Shown here: positions 1 through 13,931 of the stretch, in pieces | Layout: every line of letters starts with the position of its first letter | How positions within the stretch are numbered: the first letter of the stretch is position 1 | DNA from: Bigelowiella natans CCMP2755 | Lineage: Eukaryota; Protista; Cercozoa | Direction: 5' to 3' | Length of the DNA stretch: 64,000 bases | NCBI GenBank assembly: GCA_000320545.1 | Contig: ADNK01001130.1 | Coordinates: 92,830 to 156,829 of the forward strand | Program-made: the position numbers and the translations under genes | Notes under the pieces: generated by a model | The model's database searches: none | What the model was told of the DNA's origin: nothing | The model's input: only the letters and a program-made list of their open reading frames with translations

Positions 1-37
1 GCAGCATAAAGATAGGATATATATAGGGCAGACAGAC

Positions 38-69
<32 letters not shown>

Positions 70-149
70 GTGTTACTCATTAAGTAGTAGTAGCAGTAGT
101 AGTAGTGGTAATAGTTTTTAGCGGATATGATGATGAGGAGGAGCACCAC

Positions 150-642
150 CTCAAATTCTCCTTCTGCCTTGTAAGAACCCCCTTCGCACAGAAACTAGTC
201 ATGAATGAGAGGGTCATTCAATGATGATGATGATAAGGATGATAATGACGATGACAACGAATATGATTAGACAATGAGTAATAATTTTATGTTCTCGGTG
301 GTGAGAGAAGTTCCCTCACCATATCCTTTTTCTTCGTCTCCTTCTCCTCCTCCTCCTCCTCCTTTTGGTCGTTGTTAGCCTCCTTTTCTGGCAGACGTGC
401 GGATTCCTGTGGGGAAACCATCGGAGTGGCTGGAGGTAGTGAACCCTGTGTTGGGGGAGCAGCAGCTGCTGCTTTAAGAGTCGGCTGCTGGGCTGTTGTT
501 GTTTTTTTATAACAACTGAAAGCAGGGCCTGCTTTAGGCTTCGTCTTTCTGACTGTGATTGGCTTGTTCTTGCTCTTCTTTATTTTCCTCCAACATTGGA
601 CGCTGCAACTATAACAAGCCAAAGCACGCATAAGGACAAACA

Positions 643-684
<42 letters not shown>

Positions 685-1303
685 CGCAAAGAAAGAAATG
701 AAGAAAGAAAGAAAGAAAGGGGCTAAATTCTTACTATGGCTGTGGCTTTGTGTAAGCTGGGTTTCCTTTCCCACACCAGGAACAAGTGAGAGCTGCTGTC
801 GTCGTTGCTGTCCTTGAACTGTTGCAGACTCCTGTCGTTCTCGGTTGTGTCTCCTTCAAATCTGCACTTCCAGGCGTTGGCGTTTGTTTCTGTTTGGTTA
901 TCACCTTCTTAGTCGTAGGTGCTGTAATCGGTGCGTCCTTATCTATCTTCTGTGGGGTGGGAGTGGGTTTGGTGCCTACAGGAGCTGTCTTTGGAGGTAG
1001 TGAACCCTGTGCATTAGGCGTGGGTGCTGCAACCGTTGCCTTATCGGCTGCGTCCATATGCGGTTTCTTCTTTTCCAACGCTGCATCAGTTTTCACAACG
1101 TTATCGTGTGCTGTTGTGGTTGTGGCCTTTGTCGGGGTTTTCACTCCATCTTCATGTGTTTTTGGTTCCCCTTCATTAATTGAATTCTCTGGTGTGAATG
1201 TCAGCGGATCGTCTGCCCAGCATGGGATTTCTTCGTTTACTTGCGTTGAGGTAGGATTTCGTATATTATTATCCATATTTGCGTCAGGAGATTGGTCCTC
1301 CAT
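150..1303 (-). CDS. Hypothetical low-complexity (P/T/K/A-rich) protein with a CxxC...YCSxxC zinc-binding motif; 3' end probably runs off the window
   Basis: ATG at 1303. A phase-2 GT-AG intron (~732-609) joins CSWCGKGNPAYTKPQP to YCSVQCWRK, a MYND/TRASH-like Cys pattern. QGSLPP occurs twice in the protein. A further phase-0 exon FLCEGGSYKAEGEFE ends at a GT donor near 150. Confidence 0.55.
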
Positions 1304-1846
1304 GATTCTTCCTCTTTATCGGAACCGCAAACAAAGAAAAAATAGATGATAATTTGGATAATCTGTTTGACGCAATACAGGAATCAAGGCCATTTTAGGT
1401 TTCGTTTACCTCTCAACATCAACCAAATCCAGGTGGATGGTAACGAGGAACGAAATTCTTCCTTCAAGGGGATGATGAAACTGTCCGACGTGTCCGAATA
1501 TGTGTCCGAAGATTTTTTGTCTCTTTTCTTGAATCAATTATTTCTTTTCTAATTTTTTAATTTTTTCCATGTGTTCGACATCTTGTGAATGGAAATACTC
1601 GAGCAAAACAACCAATACAACAATTATAACCGATTTTTTAAATTTTTTATTGGATCACCTGCGCAAGGTGCGTGCAGTCCAGGAGATTTTGTGCTTTTTA
1701 ACAGAATAATTGGATGTCGTATGCATGTAATAAAGGTTTTGGTTTCAGAAGAGCTACTAGTACCGGGATTGAGCTGCCTTCCTTCCTCACCCCTCTTCCA
1801 TCCCCCATAGGCTTACACCATCCAAGAGCCGTCGCGTTTCGTCACC

Positions 1847-3414
1847 ATGTCTGATGATCGTGCAGCAACAATTGCTACGTACAGGAAGAAATTTCTTGAA
1901 CACCGTGAGCTGGAGATCCAAGTCAAAAATCGTAAGACTTCCTAACGATCATTACAGCCAGCATGCACATCCTTACAATTGTCACATCTGTTTCAGTACG
2001 CTTGAAGATGAGAGACTTAAATCGTCAATATGAAAAGACAGAAGATGATCTAAAAGCGGTGCAGAACGTGGGGCAGATTATCGGAGAAGTGCTGAAGCAG
2101 CTTGATGAAGAAAGATGTAATACAAAATTCCAACATAATTCTTTTTCTTATCTTAACGTCATGTTCATCTGCAGTTATCGTGAAAGCATCTAGTGGTCCC
2201 AGGTATGTAGTTGGATGCAGAAACAAAATTGCAAAATCAAAGCTCAAGGCTGGATGTAGGGTCGCATTGGACATGACCACACTCACAATCATGAGAATCT
2301 TGCCTCGTGAGGTTGATCCTATGGTGTACAATATGTTGAACGAGTCGCCTGGAACAATCACGTACGCTGATATTGGGGGAGTGAGTGAACAAATTCGGGA
2401 GCTTCGTGAAGTCATAGAGTTACCTCTCACAAATCCCGAATTGTTTCTCCGAGTTGGTATTAAGCCTCCCAAGGGTGTCCTACTATACGGCCCCCCTGGT
2501 ACAGGGAAGACACTTCTCGCGCGTGCTCTAGCAAATAATATCGAAGCCAAGTTCCTGAAGGTTGTTGCAAGTGCGATAGTGGACAAATACATCGGAGAAA
2601 GTGCACGGATCATTAGAGAGATGTTTGGTAAGACCATCTTCCTGTTTTGCGCCAGAAATCTCCTTGAAACCCTGTCATCTATTCAGGTTACGCTCGAGAT
2701 CATGAACCCTGTGTCATTTTTATGGATGAAGTGGATGCCATTGGTGGTCGCCGTTTTTCGGAAGGAACTAGTGCTGATCGAGAAATTCAAAGAACTCTAA
2801 TGGAAGTAATATGAAGATAGTGGGATCACAAATTCCGTTTTAACTTTCTCTTTTTGCATCAGCTCCTTAACCAGCTCGATGGATTTGAAGTCCTTGGGAA
2901 AGTCAAGATGATTATGGCTACTAATCGTCCCGATACACTCGATCCTGCCCTATTAAGGCCGGGACGACTTGATCGAAAGATAGAAATCCCACTCCCAAAC
3001 GAAAACGCACGTCAGGAAATCCTGAAGATTCACGCTTCGAAAATAAATAAAAGCGGAGACATAGGTAACTATCCTATTGTGAATTTCAAGGATATTCACA
3101 AGTGAAGTTTGTTTCAGACACTACGTGTCATTTAAATGCCAAGTCTAAATAATTTCATTTTCAGATTATGAAGCAGTAGTAAAACTCACGGACAACTTCA
3201 ACGGAGCAGATCTTCGAAACGTTTGTACAGAAGCAGGTTTGCTATGCTACTTCCTTATTTATTTCCTACACTAAAACTAAAAGTTTACCTTACAGGCATG
3301 TTCGCAATACGAGCAACTCGAGAATATGTGGTAGAAGAGGACTTTATGAAAGCAGCACGCAAAATTGCAGCTGTGAAGAAACTCGAGGGAAAGCTTGAAT
3401 ACTCAAAAGTATAA
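1847..3414 (+). CDS. RPT4: 26S proteasome regulatory AAA-ATPase subunit RPT4 (PSMC6/10B)
   Basis: Spliced reading [23 protein letters not shown]...[20 protein letters not shown]...[12 protein letters not shown]...[18 protein letters not shown]...[36 protein letters not shown]...[14 protein letters not shown]...[12 protein letters not shown]. Short GT-AG introns. The diagnostic RPT4 motifs are intact. Confidence 0.97.
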
Positions 3415-3529
3415 TTACATCTGCAGAAACTGTTAGATTGTACACGATACAGATTTAGAAGTGTTCGAAGATTCAATATTAATATTCGACAAAATAACAA
3501 TATGGTAAATCTGTCGTCTGTAACCATAT

Positions 3530-4000
3530 CTAGCATATGCTAGCATGCTATGCAAGAATCTAGCTAGCTAGGAATCTAGAATGTCTGCATGACAATGTGC
3601 ACATCATTTTGTGTCATCGCGCAGTTCTAGAGTTGCTAGCTAGCGATGGAGCTCACCTTTGATACATGCTAGCATGGCATACCGCGCGGACATCCCGTTC
3701 TGCGGCTAGGCTAATAGGGCACAGCTGACAGTGCGTGCTAGCTAGCTAGGCTGCTAGGTGTGTATAATGATGATCATGATCGAAAGCCGCCGCGGCATGC
3801 ACATCATCAGCTCGATTGGGATCAAGCAAACACCTAGCTACCACGCTATAGGATGCAAACTCTTTGCCATTGTGTTCAAAATGAACGAAGGTGTAGCACA
3901 TGTGTTCGATCAGTTCACATGCAAGTGCATGGTGCTGAATGAAATTCTATGCTTAACCTTGCTTGCATCACCTCGTGCGTGAGAGCTTACGCTATGATCT
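3530..4000. repeat. Palindrome-rich (CTAG/CATG/TGCA/GCTAGC) block in the RPT4/kinase convergent gap
   Basis: CTAGCATATGCTAG, CTAGCTAGCTAG (twice) and CATGCTAGCATG (3665-3676); roughly 15 CTAG in about 500 bp, counted by eye. Confidence 0.8.
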
Positions 4001-4026
4001 TTCGCAAAATATAGAGGGGACTCGAA

Positions 4027-6278
4027 TCAAATTGAGTGGGATGGAGGCGGCTGCTGAATGTTGAGCTGCTGCACTTGTTCCTCCATCTCTCGAAAATTGT
4101 TAGCTAGAACGCTGTCGCGAAGTTCATCATCACGCACTTCTACATCTTCACGAGAATCCGAAGTCCCACTTTAGGTACACAACAATCATAGAAACATTTT
4201 CAGCACTAGACTGTCGATTTCAATGCGTAGTGTGGAATGTCATGCAAATTAATATTTCCTATGGATATTAGCTATACGCTGTCAATCCTGATCGGACGGT
4301 GTCGAAAGCCGAAGTGTTCATAGTTCTGTCATCATCACTCTGGGTATAACAAACACAAAAGTGATGACATTGAAACGAGATAGAATTCCTCCCTGCTATT
4401 CTTACAAAATCATCCTCGTCTTCGTCTTCGTCAGATTGCTTTGCCTCCCGCAGCAACTCAATGTCAGGTAAACATTTCTTGACTAGAGATGCAAGAATCT
4501 GAAACAAAATCCAAAATTTCCAAACGTTTCAAACTCCATGACTGTGTGCCGTTCATTAACTTAGACAACTGAGGCATTGAAACCCAACATTCGAGGATCT
4601 CTTCATCTTTAAAATATGGATGTTGAAAGATCATTGCACCTCTTTTCCGGAAGCGTTTTTAATAAATGGGTGCTGCAACATGTCGCTTGCAGAGGGTCGT
4701 ATCTGGTTCGAGGGATAGAATCAGAATCACACACATTACAGAATAAATAGTCAATGTTCAAAATGTGGAACCTTATAATCCTTAATTAAGCATTTCGCAA
4801 GGAAATCGACAAATTCTGTAGGCCATATTTTAGGGTTCTGTGAAAAAAAAAAGATGAATGAATGTTGGAAAGATTAAAACTTGTGGAAAAAATACATAAC
4901 AACCTTCAGAGTTGGGGGCGGTTGTTGAGGAATGAGGAATAAAGCTCGCATAGGATGTGCATGAGCAAGGGGAGGCCTACCGTCCGCACACTCTGAATAT
5001 GATCGTGTGTGTGACCGTGTGAAATCCCGGACAATTATGTCAAGTTACCGATGCAAGTAATTCCCAGTGACCAAATATCAGCAGTGTAATTGTAGCCAGA
5101 ATGAGTGCGTTTTTTTGAATCCACAACCTAAAATAATGTGTACAAAAGTTTTGTGGAGGCGAGGATGAGGGGAAATCATTAATGAGCACTGACCTCTGGA
5201 GCCATCCAGTATGGTGTGCCGATCAGTGTTCGTGTTTTTGCAAGAGTGTTATCCAATCTCTTCGATACCCCAAAGTCTGCTAGCTTACATTCCCCTTTCT
5301 CTGTGAGGAGTAAATTTGCTGCCTGTTGTGATGCCAATGGCAAACATTCATGCTTTTGATTGTGAAATGTAATGTGAAGGTAACCTTGACATCTCTATGG
5401 ATAATCTTTTTCTTGTGTAGATATTCCAGTCCAAGGAGTGCATGTTTCGCACAAACCGCAATTTCTTTCCATGTCAAGGTTAGTTGACAAATTTCCATCA
5501 TGTCCATCACACTTCCACCAGCACAGTACCTATAGAATTTATGAGCTCATAACAAGTCTTCAATAGTCGGTAATCTAAAAAATGTACTCCATTGCAATCC
5601 AAAAGTGGCCATCGTACACAAAACTCGCTATGTAAGCCTAAAACATAATTGCTTCATCAAAACTGTATTGCAAGTATATTGACAGTCAAAAATGATGTAC
5701 AGTGAGATAGTCGGACTTGCAGCCAGATAAGATCTGTAATTCTGCGAGAAGGTCTTTGTAGTCATCCTTTACAATTGGTTGAGTATCAAATAACCGTTTA
5801 TCAATAGATCTACATTTTTGTTCACCTTCGATATATCCATGATTTTTATAGCACATTCTTTGCCGTCCTTTTTCGAAGTTGCTTTCACAACGATCCCCTA
5901 GCCATACGAGAATTCTCAAACTTAGTTGAATGTCTATGGATAAGAAAAACACGAATTCGTTTAATGTTCAATGCTCAATGTTCTCACATATGCCCCTTTT
6001 CCAAGTTTTTCTCCAGTCATCTCAAAATAATTTTCTGGATTGCCAAATGCATCCGGCCTTTCTGCTGATGGCTTCAACCTATCATCCTTTTCATTGTTAG
6101 TACTGGGAGCACCTTTTTTCAAGGAACTATTCTTCTTTGATGTGTTAATGGATCCTCCATCCCCTTCTTTGCGCTGTTCTTGCTTTTCCGACTGTGATTC
6201 AGGAGAAACACCAATTTCCCCTCGAGACTGCGAAGCTACTTTATTCTCTGCCTCTTGTTTATCCGTGGTCTTGTCCAT
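4027..6278 (-). CDS. STE20/GCK-family (MST/Krs-like) Ser/Thr protein kinase
   Basis: Exons give [19 protein letters not shown]...[35 protein letters not shown]...[45 protein letters not shown] and [13 protein letters not shown]. An acidic tail ends PPPSHSI* at 4027. Start taken at MDKTT (6278). Confidence 0.9.
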
Positions 6279-6596
6279 CGTTGTGGAAGAGTCAATGCGT
6301 AAAACTTCGTTTGCACGAAGGGGGGTGGCGTGAAAATAATTTCGAAGTGCCGCCAACCAGCAAAAAACACATCCCATTCCTTTTATGCGTCAAGAGGATA
6401 TCGTTGACGCAGAAAGGCAGTCTCAATTTTCGTTTTCTCACAGATGGTGCTGCGTCTATTTTATCACTTCAGGAAAGAAACGTAGGCAAATTTTCTCAAA
6501 AATATCATTGAACAGGTGCACAAAACTGGAAAAACCAAACTGTGAAGACTTCTTGCGACGATTTTGCCCTGCGACAAACTTATGATTCAAACGATA
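6279..6596. promoter_or_regulatory. Putative bidirectional promoter (kinase / SEC6), 318 bp
   Basis: Head-to-head start codons at 6278 and 6597; inferred from geometry only. Confidence 0.5.
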
Positions 6597-9500
6597 ATGG
6601 CGGATGATGAACGCGATGATGACATTCGGATAGTTGAGGAGCTCGCATTGCTACTCGCAAGTAAAAACTATGTTCATCCACCGAAAAAATTCAGTTCAAT
6701 GCTCCTCGTCGTATTTACTGTTTAATGCTTATCGTTAGCTCCTGACCAACTTGAAAATCTCCCCCAGTACAAATCTCAATTTAGAGAAAAAATGGAGGTT
6801 CGAAACGAGATGTTACTGTTGTTATCGCATGTATCGAATAATTGTGTTGTACAGATCTCGGCTTCCAGCCTCCAAGGAACCTATGAAAGTTTTTTGGCGA
6901 ATCGCATGTATTGCTTGTGGAACTTGGCGTTCATAATTTTATCGCACGCAATTGCTTGATTGATTGATTGTGACATTATGACAGAATTGCTTATGAACTA
7001 ATGCCACGGACCAAGAAGCTTGTACGGCTTATTAACCACGATCTTACAAAGCTGTCTAAAGAATCTTCTCAGTGTTCAGCCCTCTTTAAGAATCGAGCTC
7101 ATCAAGAAATTGTATTGTCCACAACTGTGTCACTATATCATTTATTGATAGGTTTTATTATTAGATCAATAGAATAAAAATCGTACGCAAGAACTTCCGG
7201 CGCGTTGAAATTCTTCAAAGAGAAGTCTCGGCAGTACCAGCAAAATTAAAGGCTGTACGTACAATATCTTTGCTCGATCGAATCATCAGGCGATAAAACC
7301 TTGGTCCGCAGGTAGAGGATATATTGGCTAGGATGGAAGGAGAACGTGTTCCCCTGCACGACAGAAAAATTAAAGTGAAAGACCTCTGCCATCACATAAA
7401 ATGATTGACAGATAACACTAATAAGTACGTTCTTTGCAGGATGCATATCTAGACCTCAGGAGCTTAGTAGTATTAAGAAATAAAATCTGGAAGGAAGGCC
7501 CAAAAACTTCGTCGGACGAATTTGCACAATTCAAAGATGATATGCGATCTACATTTGGCAAGATTGATGATGTGATGTTTCTATATTACATAAAATTGCC
7601 TTCCATTAAATATTTATTGGCAACTTAGGCGGCAAGTCAACTAGAGAATGTTGTCCTCGAAAATGTAGAAGACGGGCTAGACCTTTGTAGAGCGGTAAAC
7701 TCCAACTTTCAATACACAGTAAATGTTAAAGACACGCGTTAAATAATTGTCTTAGGATCCAACCACTCTGATCTACTCCATCGTAGTTATAGAAATGGAG
7801 GTAGTGGGAAAGGAATAACATTGAAATATGATAAAGAAAATTTGATAATGTGATAACTACTTCTCAGGACCGAGCAAAAAATAAAGTCTTCACTTGCAAC
7901 CCAATGCACGAAATTGGGAATTCTGGAAGCGGCTCCGAAGATATTAAAATGCGCTTGAAAGCACTTAACAGAGTAAACTAATAGTATCTGGATTATATAC
8001 TTTTATCTCATTATCGAATCTGTGGGCAGATCGAAGAGTCAATTGTCGAAACCTTTTATCAAGTCCTACAGGGGGATCCGAACAGGCTTACTGGACAATT
8101 AGTACCAGAGACTGGATCTACTCCAGACAAACGAAGCCGTCCCGTTTCGAAGCTTGGAAATGAAAATTTTACTGAGAACTCTGGATTAAGCGCCTTCAAA
8201 GCCCAATCTATAGATCAGGTTAAGGCTACGGGTGTATTTGATTAAATTATTTAAAGGCATGATAGCGGCTGGAATTGTATATTTCTCGCCATTATTCAGG
8301 TATTGGCCTCTCTAGATAAACTTGTTGACGATCTCTATTTGGTGAAAGATGAAGTCTGTCCTTTATATCCATCCGATTACAACATACTCTCGGTCTATGT
8401 GCATCGGTAGATAGATTTTCACGTCAATAACTGTTATTTATTGAAAGTCAATGCAATGTTATGTAGGTATATAAAATATCTAAATGCAGATCTGTCCAGT
8501 AGACTATCCCATCCAGAAAAGCTGTCACAATCTGGTAAAATGATAATAACCTTTTTGCCGTTTGTAGATTGTAGATTTCATTTATTTTTAACAGACTTGT
8601 TGAGATGGTCATCTTGGATACAACGCTTTCGACAGCATGTAAAGACGCTAGGATTCGATCTACCAGGTGCCGTAATGCCATGTGATCACCACCATTGCGT
8701 AGCTGATAAAGCTGTTTTTGTACCATAGAGGAGCTTCAAGATTTGATACTCAAACTTGCTGGAGTTTATAAGGTTGAACGCCTACGTCTTTTTATAACTT
8801 AAAAAATGTGTAAATAAGTAATTTTAGATGAAATCATACGAACATCTCCTGTTACCTATCAACAACATTTTGGAAACTGAAAGGGAAGAAGAACCGGTAG
8901 AAACAGTTGATTGTTCGTTGATTCTGATTTGAGTTATAGTTTATGCATAGGTGGAAGATAAGAATGGATATCCTAGAATGAGAGGCCCGCGGGATCTTTT
9001 TGGAATCCTTCATAATGTACAAGATTTCTGAACATAAGAAAAGTACTAACTAATTTCATTTTATGTTTAGCATTGGGATAATGTACTTGCACAAAGCATG
9101 GGAGAAAAAATGAACTCTAAGGTCTTCACCATCCTTGAGATATCATCATGCAACGTTCCTCAAATTTAATTTTAGAAGTTTAAGATTATTTCGATTTAGG
9201 CAATCCTCGAGGTAGCAAAAACTTATGCAGGGACTCTCATATACGTTCAAAGAAATCATGTGAGATTTTGGGTATGTGAAGATGAAACTGAATATCCTTG
9301 TAGAAACTGACCTTGCAAAAACTGATTTCAAATTATTAACTTAGAAAACTCTGGTCTACAATGAAATCAAGGTTTGAAAAGTGACATCAAATACATTTTT
9401 GAACGGCAAGTGTTATTATTTCAATCCAGAATGACAAGGAACCTGAATTACATATTGTGGTTGATGGAAAACCCAAAACCGAGCAACATGTTGCAGCCTG

Positions 9501-11770
9501 GATAAATGTAAATAAGAAAGATCTTAGATTCCAGTAAATCATTTACTCATCATCACTCTAATTGAAATGATAGAGTTCTATTCGATATCAAGAATTAACT
9601 GCCCAGCTAACTAAAAGAATCCAGGAACATGTTCAAAGGTTAATCATCATGTCAATGTTGTAGGGCTTTCAGAATCTATTTTGCTAGGTGTCTTGAGGTC
9701 GAATTCGGTGAGATAACGCCGGTTCATCAAGAAAATTTTGTGAGGAAGGTTCAAGAGGCCCGATGGAGTAGCCGTAAAATAGTTTAATTGATGCTAAAGT
9801 AGCTGCAAGTAGTTCCAGCATTGGAAGAAGTATGAGGTCATCCAATGGCCTTAGCACAGAGGAGATCGAATCTATTAAATCACGAAAGGATGTAAGCATC
9901 TCTCTTCACTCCGTGATGTCCTTGGTAAATATATACATTTATTCAGTATCCTCAAGATCTTTTTCACCTGATGATGTCATTTGATAACACCAAAAGGCCG
10001 AGAAAGGCTTTCAAAGAGTAACAGATTCTGCTGTCAATGGCCTCGCAGTAAGATTTATTTTTTAATGTAGATAATACTCATAACTGAACGTAACCCTAGG
10101 GATTTGTGGTTTCAATTTGCAAAGAAGAGTTCAAATCTCTATTTTCACCTAGTTGGTTGAAGATTGTAAGCCAGGAGAATTGCCAGAAGCCAACAGCCAC
10201 TTTGAACATAGAAAGTGCCTTAGAACCTCCGCAACTTCTTCAACTCCAGCTATCGAATTGCGCTGTGGCAGCAACGCCAACTTCGGAATCTGGTAGCATT
10301 CCCTTTTTTAAGGAAGAAATTCCTGCAGTCGTACAAATTGCTCAGGTGAAGCCGTGGTTTAATGTGATGAAATGTGTCTCAATGATCTGATACTTAAATT
10401 CCTTTACAGGAGCTCCAACTTGCTATGGTCGATTATGCAGCGTTGGTATAGAAATTTATTCAATTGTTGAAATAAACATTTAGTAATCTATCTAAAGAGT
10501 TTCAATGCTCCAGATATCTGACGAAAAAGTTCAGTCCCAGCTCGCCGAACGACTAGTGATGAGAACTTTGAAAACATATTTTTCTCAGGTGATAAAGTAT
10601 TTTGGCTTAAGTAGAGAGTTCTGATTGTAAACGATTATGACAGTTTGCAGCATCAAAGCGAAGACTCACAGACGATCAAAGAACGGTTTTTTAATTTCGA
10701 AGTTCAGAAAATGTATGATGGTCTGAAAAGTTGAATTTTCGAAGAAATTTGGCTCTGGAATTTCTGCAGATTTAGATGCAATGAAGTCTCGATTAAAGGT
10801 ATTTACTGCTTTAAAAATTCTCAATTTTCTCCTTCCAACCGTACAATTTCTATAGGATCCTTCGGGGATTGAGAACAACAAAGCAGAAGTCTACGCGTAA
10901 GTAAATCATATGCAACAAATTAATATCTAATTATCTCACAAAATTAGGTTTGAGGACAGTATGTTAAACAATTGTTTCGACAAGTTTATGTTTGTTTCGG
11001 ATTTTCTTAATGAGCAAGATCCAGAAAAAGCAGCCGTTGCTTTAACAAATGTATATCTAAAGTTAATACAAACCATTAAGGTATAGTCCTTTATTCAATT
11101 ACGCCATACTTCTGACCAATACAGGCACTGGGAACAATAATTACGGAATTCAACGCACATGAAGGACTAAACTTCGTTACGGGGATGTCGAAGCTACGGC
11201 CAGATCTAAGTGCACAATGGAAGCTGCTTCTGCAACAGGTAGGATGTCCTCAGCGGTGGAGCTTCTTCTTAAATGATTTAGCATCCATTGATCTCTGAAT
11301 AAGCTAATTTTAAGATCACAATTTTTATCAAAGGAGTTCCAGTATCGACTTTCCAATCATGAAGAGGAAACTGAGGTAATATCTACAACTTCTGTATAAA
11401 GATTGTTCATTTTGTAAAGTTTATCCTATCCCACAAGGGTAAATCAGTTGACACAATAGCACAGAGGCTGCGACTGCCCTGGGCGTCCTTGAGCAATGGT
11501 TCTCCTTCCATTGAAAGTGACGTCTCCAGTTCATGGCTTTCGAACTTTGGAGTCACCGTAACGCGCTCCGAGACAGAAGCTACTTCTCATGACCCTCATG
11601 TAGAGTCAAAAATATCCCAAAACGCACCTCCACCTTCTGTGAAGCCAGATGATGATACAAAAGAACAATCAGCTGCTACAGCAGTGAAAAAGACGTCACA
11701 TGTTAGATCCAACACCATGGACACTGACATTGACGCAGAAATAATATCTCTGGATGATTTTCTTTCGTGA
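6597..11770 (+). CDS. SEC6: Exocyst complex component SEC6/EXOC3, many short exons
   Basis: Exon fragments match Sec6 in order: IVEELALLLATPDQLENLPQYK, DPTTLIYSIVVIEME, LVDDLYLVKDEVCPLYPSDYNIL (cf. plant YDYVAPCFPPRYEIF), GPRDLFGILHN, EEFKSLFSPSWL. It has a low-complexity C-terminal exon. Not every exon junction was resolved. Confidence 0.75.
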
Positions 11771-11919
11771 TCGACAAAGATATCACAGCAGCTCTCAACA
11801 GTCCATGGTTTAAGTTCTGATCATGAATGTGTAAAAAATAAAAGCAATGAGCCAGTTATTGAGCATCGAATGAATCATGACACAGCTCAACTATTACAAT
11901 TCTCTTGTTCACAGAATGG

Positions 11920-12480
11920 ACAGATGGTGCGTGCTAGCGTGTGAGATCCAATTGCGAGCGCTACATGACGACAATTTTGAGCATTTCGGCTACATGCACA
12001 TGACAATTACATCTGCGCAGAGTGCAATGCAGACTTGAGAGGACTAGAGGATGTGATGAATCACGAACATGCTAGATGCATGTATGTGCGTTGCATGACT
12101 AATAGCCAATCTAGGTAGCTAGCAATCTAGCAATGCTCAAAAAGGCCTAGATGACTTCCTTAGCAACGGCCTGCTCTAATGCTGGACGAATCATTTCATC
12201 CACAAGCCACCTAGATCAGTTTTAGAGTGTTACATGCATGCTAGCATGCGGCCTAAATGCTCGCGCGCATTTCTAAGCTTCAACTCTGAAACCCTCTGAA
12301 ATGTTCTAAAAAGCTTCTAGCTAGCATGCTAGCATGGTCTAGTGGTTACGACAGAACAGAATCTGTCAAGCGTACATTCACATCTCTTGATCTAACGAGC
12401 TAGCTAGCTAGTTAAACATGCATGATTGCACATCTAGACACGGCAAAACTAGAAAAGGTTACATCCCAAGTTTCAAACAG
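11920..12480. repeat. Palindrome-rich block in the SEC6/GNAT convergent gap
   Basis: CATGCTAGCATG at 12237 and 12325, AGCTAGCTAGCTAG, and many TGCA/CATG. Confidence 0.8.
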
Positions 12481-12703
12481 TATGTTGCACATCTTGCACA
12501 CAGCTCACTCACTATGTCGAAGCGTTAATTGCTGTTGAATTGAGTAATGAAACCATGAAGCCTTAGCCTGCCACTAGTGCATTTTGCGGACATTCACAAC
12601 ATGTATTTGAATTCTACAATGTCTAATGGAAGGAGAACAATAATGTCCATTATTTACTTGAGGTGATTACTTTTTTTGTCATTTATTTGATCATTGTGTT
12701 CTT

Positions 12704-13931
12704 CTATTCGAAGGGAGATTCAAAAGTTGATGTCCTTCTGACCATGAACGCCAACACACCATTTGGACTGTCGTAAGGTTCCCTGTGCAACATTTTCTGC
12801 GTCCTAGCAAATTTCAAAATACATGTTATAAACCATTCCGATCGTGACAATCAACAATAAACCTGTAGCCAATACGCTGATAAAATCCTATTGCATGAGC
12901 TTGTGAATGCAGGGATGTCGTTCTGTAAATTTTACATTGCACAACAAGGATTCAACCCAAGAATAATGATTTCAAGATGGTAAAGATTCGGGAATTGAAT
13001 TTATTACATTAAGTTCTTTTCCTCGGCAAGCATGTGAATCATGTCCATGACACTCTGTGCATATCCTTGCCGTCGATACTCCTGGATGCACAATGATGAG
13101 AACAGCGAAACACATAGTTCTGGCAAATACCTATAGCCGTCATTACCTTGAGCACTGCAACGTTCGACACAATTCCTTGTCGATATAATCCGTCTCTCAA
13201 AGTAACCATCCTCCCTGATGAAGCATATCCCTCATTTTCTGACTACCGCGAGCGTAAAAAAAAATCTTTTTTTGACGGGCAAACATACCTGTAGCAACTG
13301 GGATGGTAGGGTTTTCTCTATGGTACGACACCACATGGAAAACCTACAGGCGAGTCAAAAGTAGATATGAACTCTCGCGCAAGAAAATAGCGGAATATCA
13401 TAGGAGTCACCATACCTCAGGCATCAATGCGGGATTTCCCTTTGAGTCCATGTCCCACTGGTCAAAGGCATTGAGAATTCCCTAATTCACACAATACTAC
13501 TTACAAAAACCGCACGATGGGTGATTGAAATTTACCTGTTCTTCGACAAACACTTTCTTCCGAACATGCATGGCGTCTTTAAGATTCTCTAGTTCTGATG
13601 CCATAATCGTACGAGGTGCAGCCCTCCCCTCTTTACTGCTTTTTCGAAGGTCTAGGCTATCCTCCCCATTTCCTATACTTGATCTTAATTGTTCGATTCC
13701 TGGCTCTTGGTCCCGCATTGAAATTCTTATCCTTCGCGTAGTAGCTGGCGTCCTAATTCGATGCGCCGTCCCATGTAGCGAGCATCGATTGCTCCCTATG
13801 GTTATACTCGAGCCAGATCCAAGGCTAGGAGGGTGATTAGAGCGGATTTTACTGTATAGACATGCAAGAGAAAGGCAGAAGAGCAGACTCGAGAACGGGT
13901 AACTGGTAGCACAATCTCGTTGGGTCATCAT
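12704..13931 (-). CDS. GNAT N-acetyltransferase (ElaA/YjcF-like) with an N-terminal signal-plus-transit-like presequence
   Basis: Exons give VRKKVFVEEQ|GILNAFDQWD, SNVAVLK|EYRRQGYA (acetyl-CoA motif A) and LHSQAHAIGFYQRIGY (motif B). The N-terminus has a hydrophobic stretch (YPFSSLLFCLSLACLY) followed by an S/R/T-rich segment. Confidence 0.8.

Noticed and set aside
7410-7440. Apparent 15-nt intron in SEC6 (GTACGTTCTTTGCAG)
   Set aside because: A normal-length phase-0 intron from an upstream GT donor explains the frame without it.
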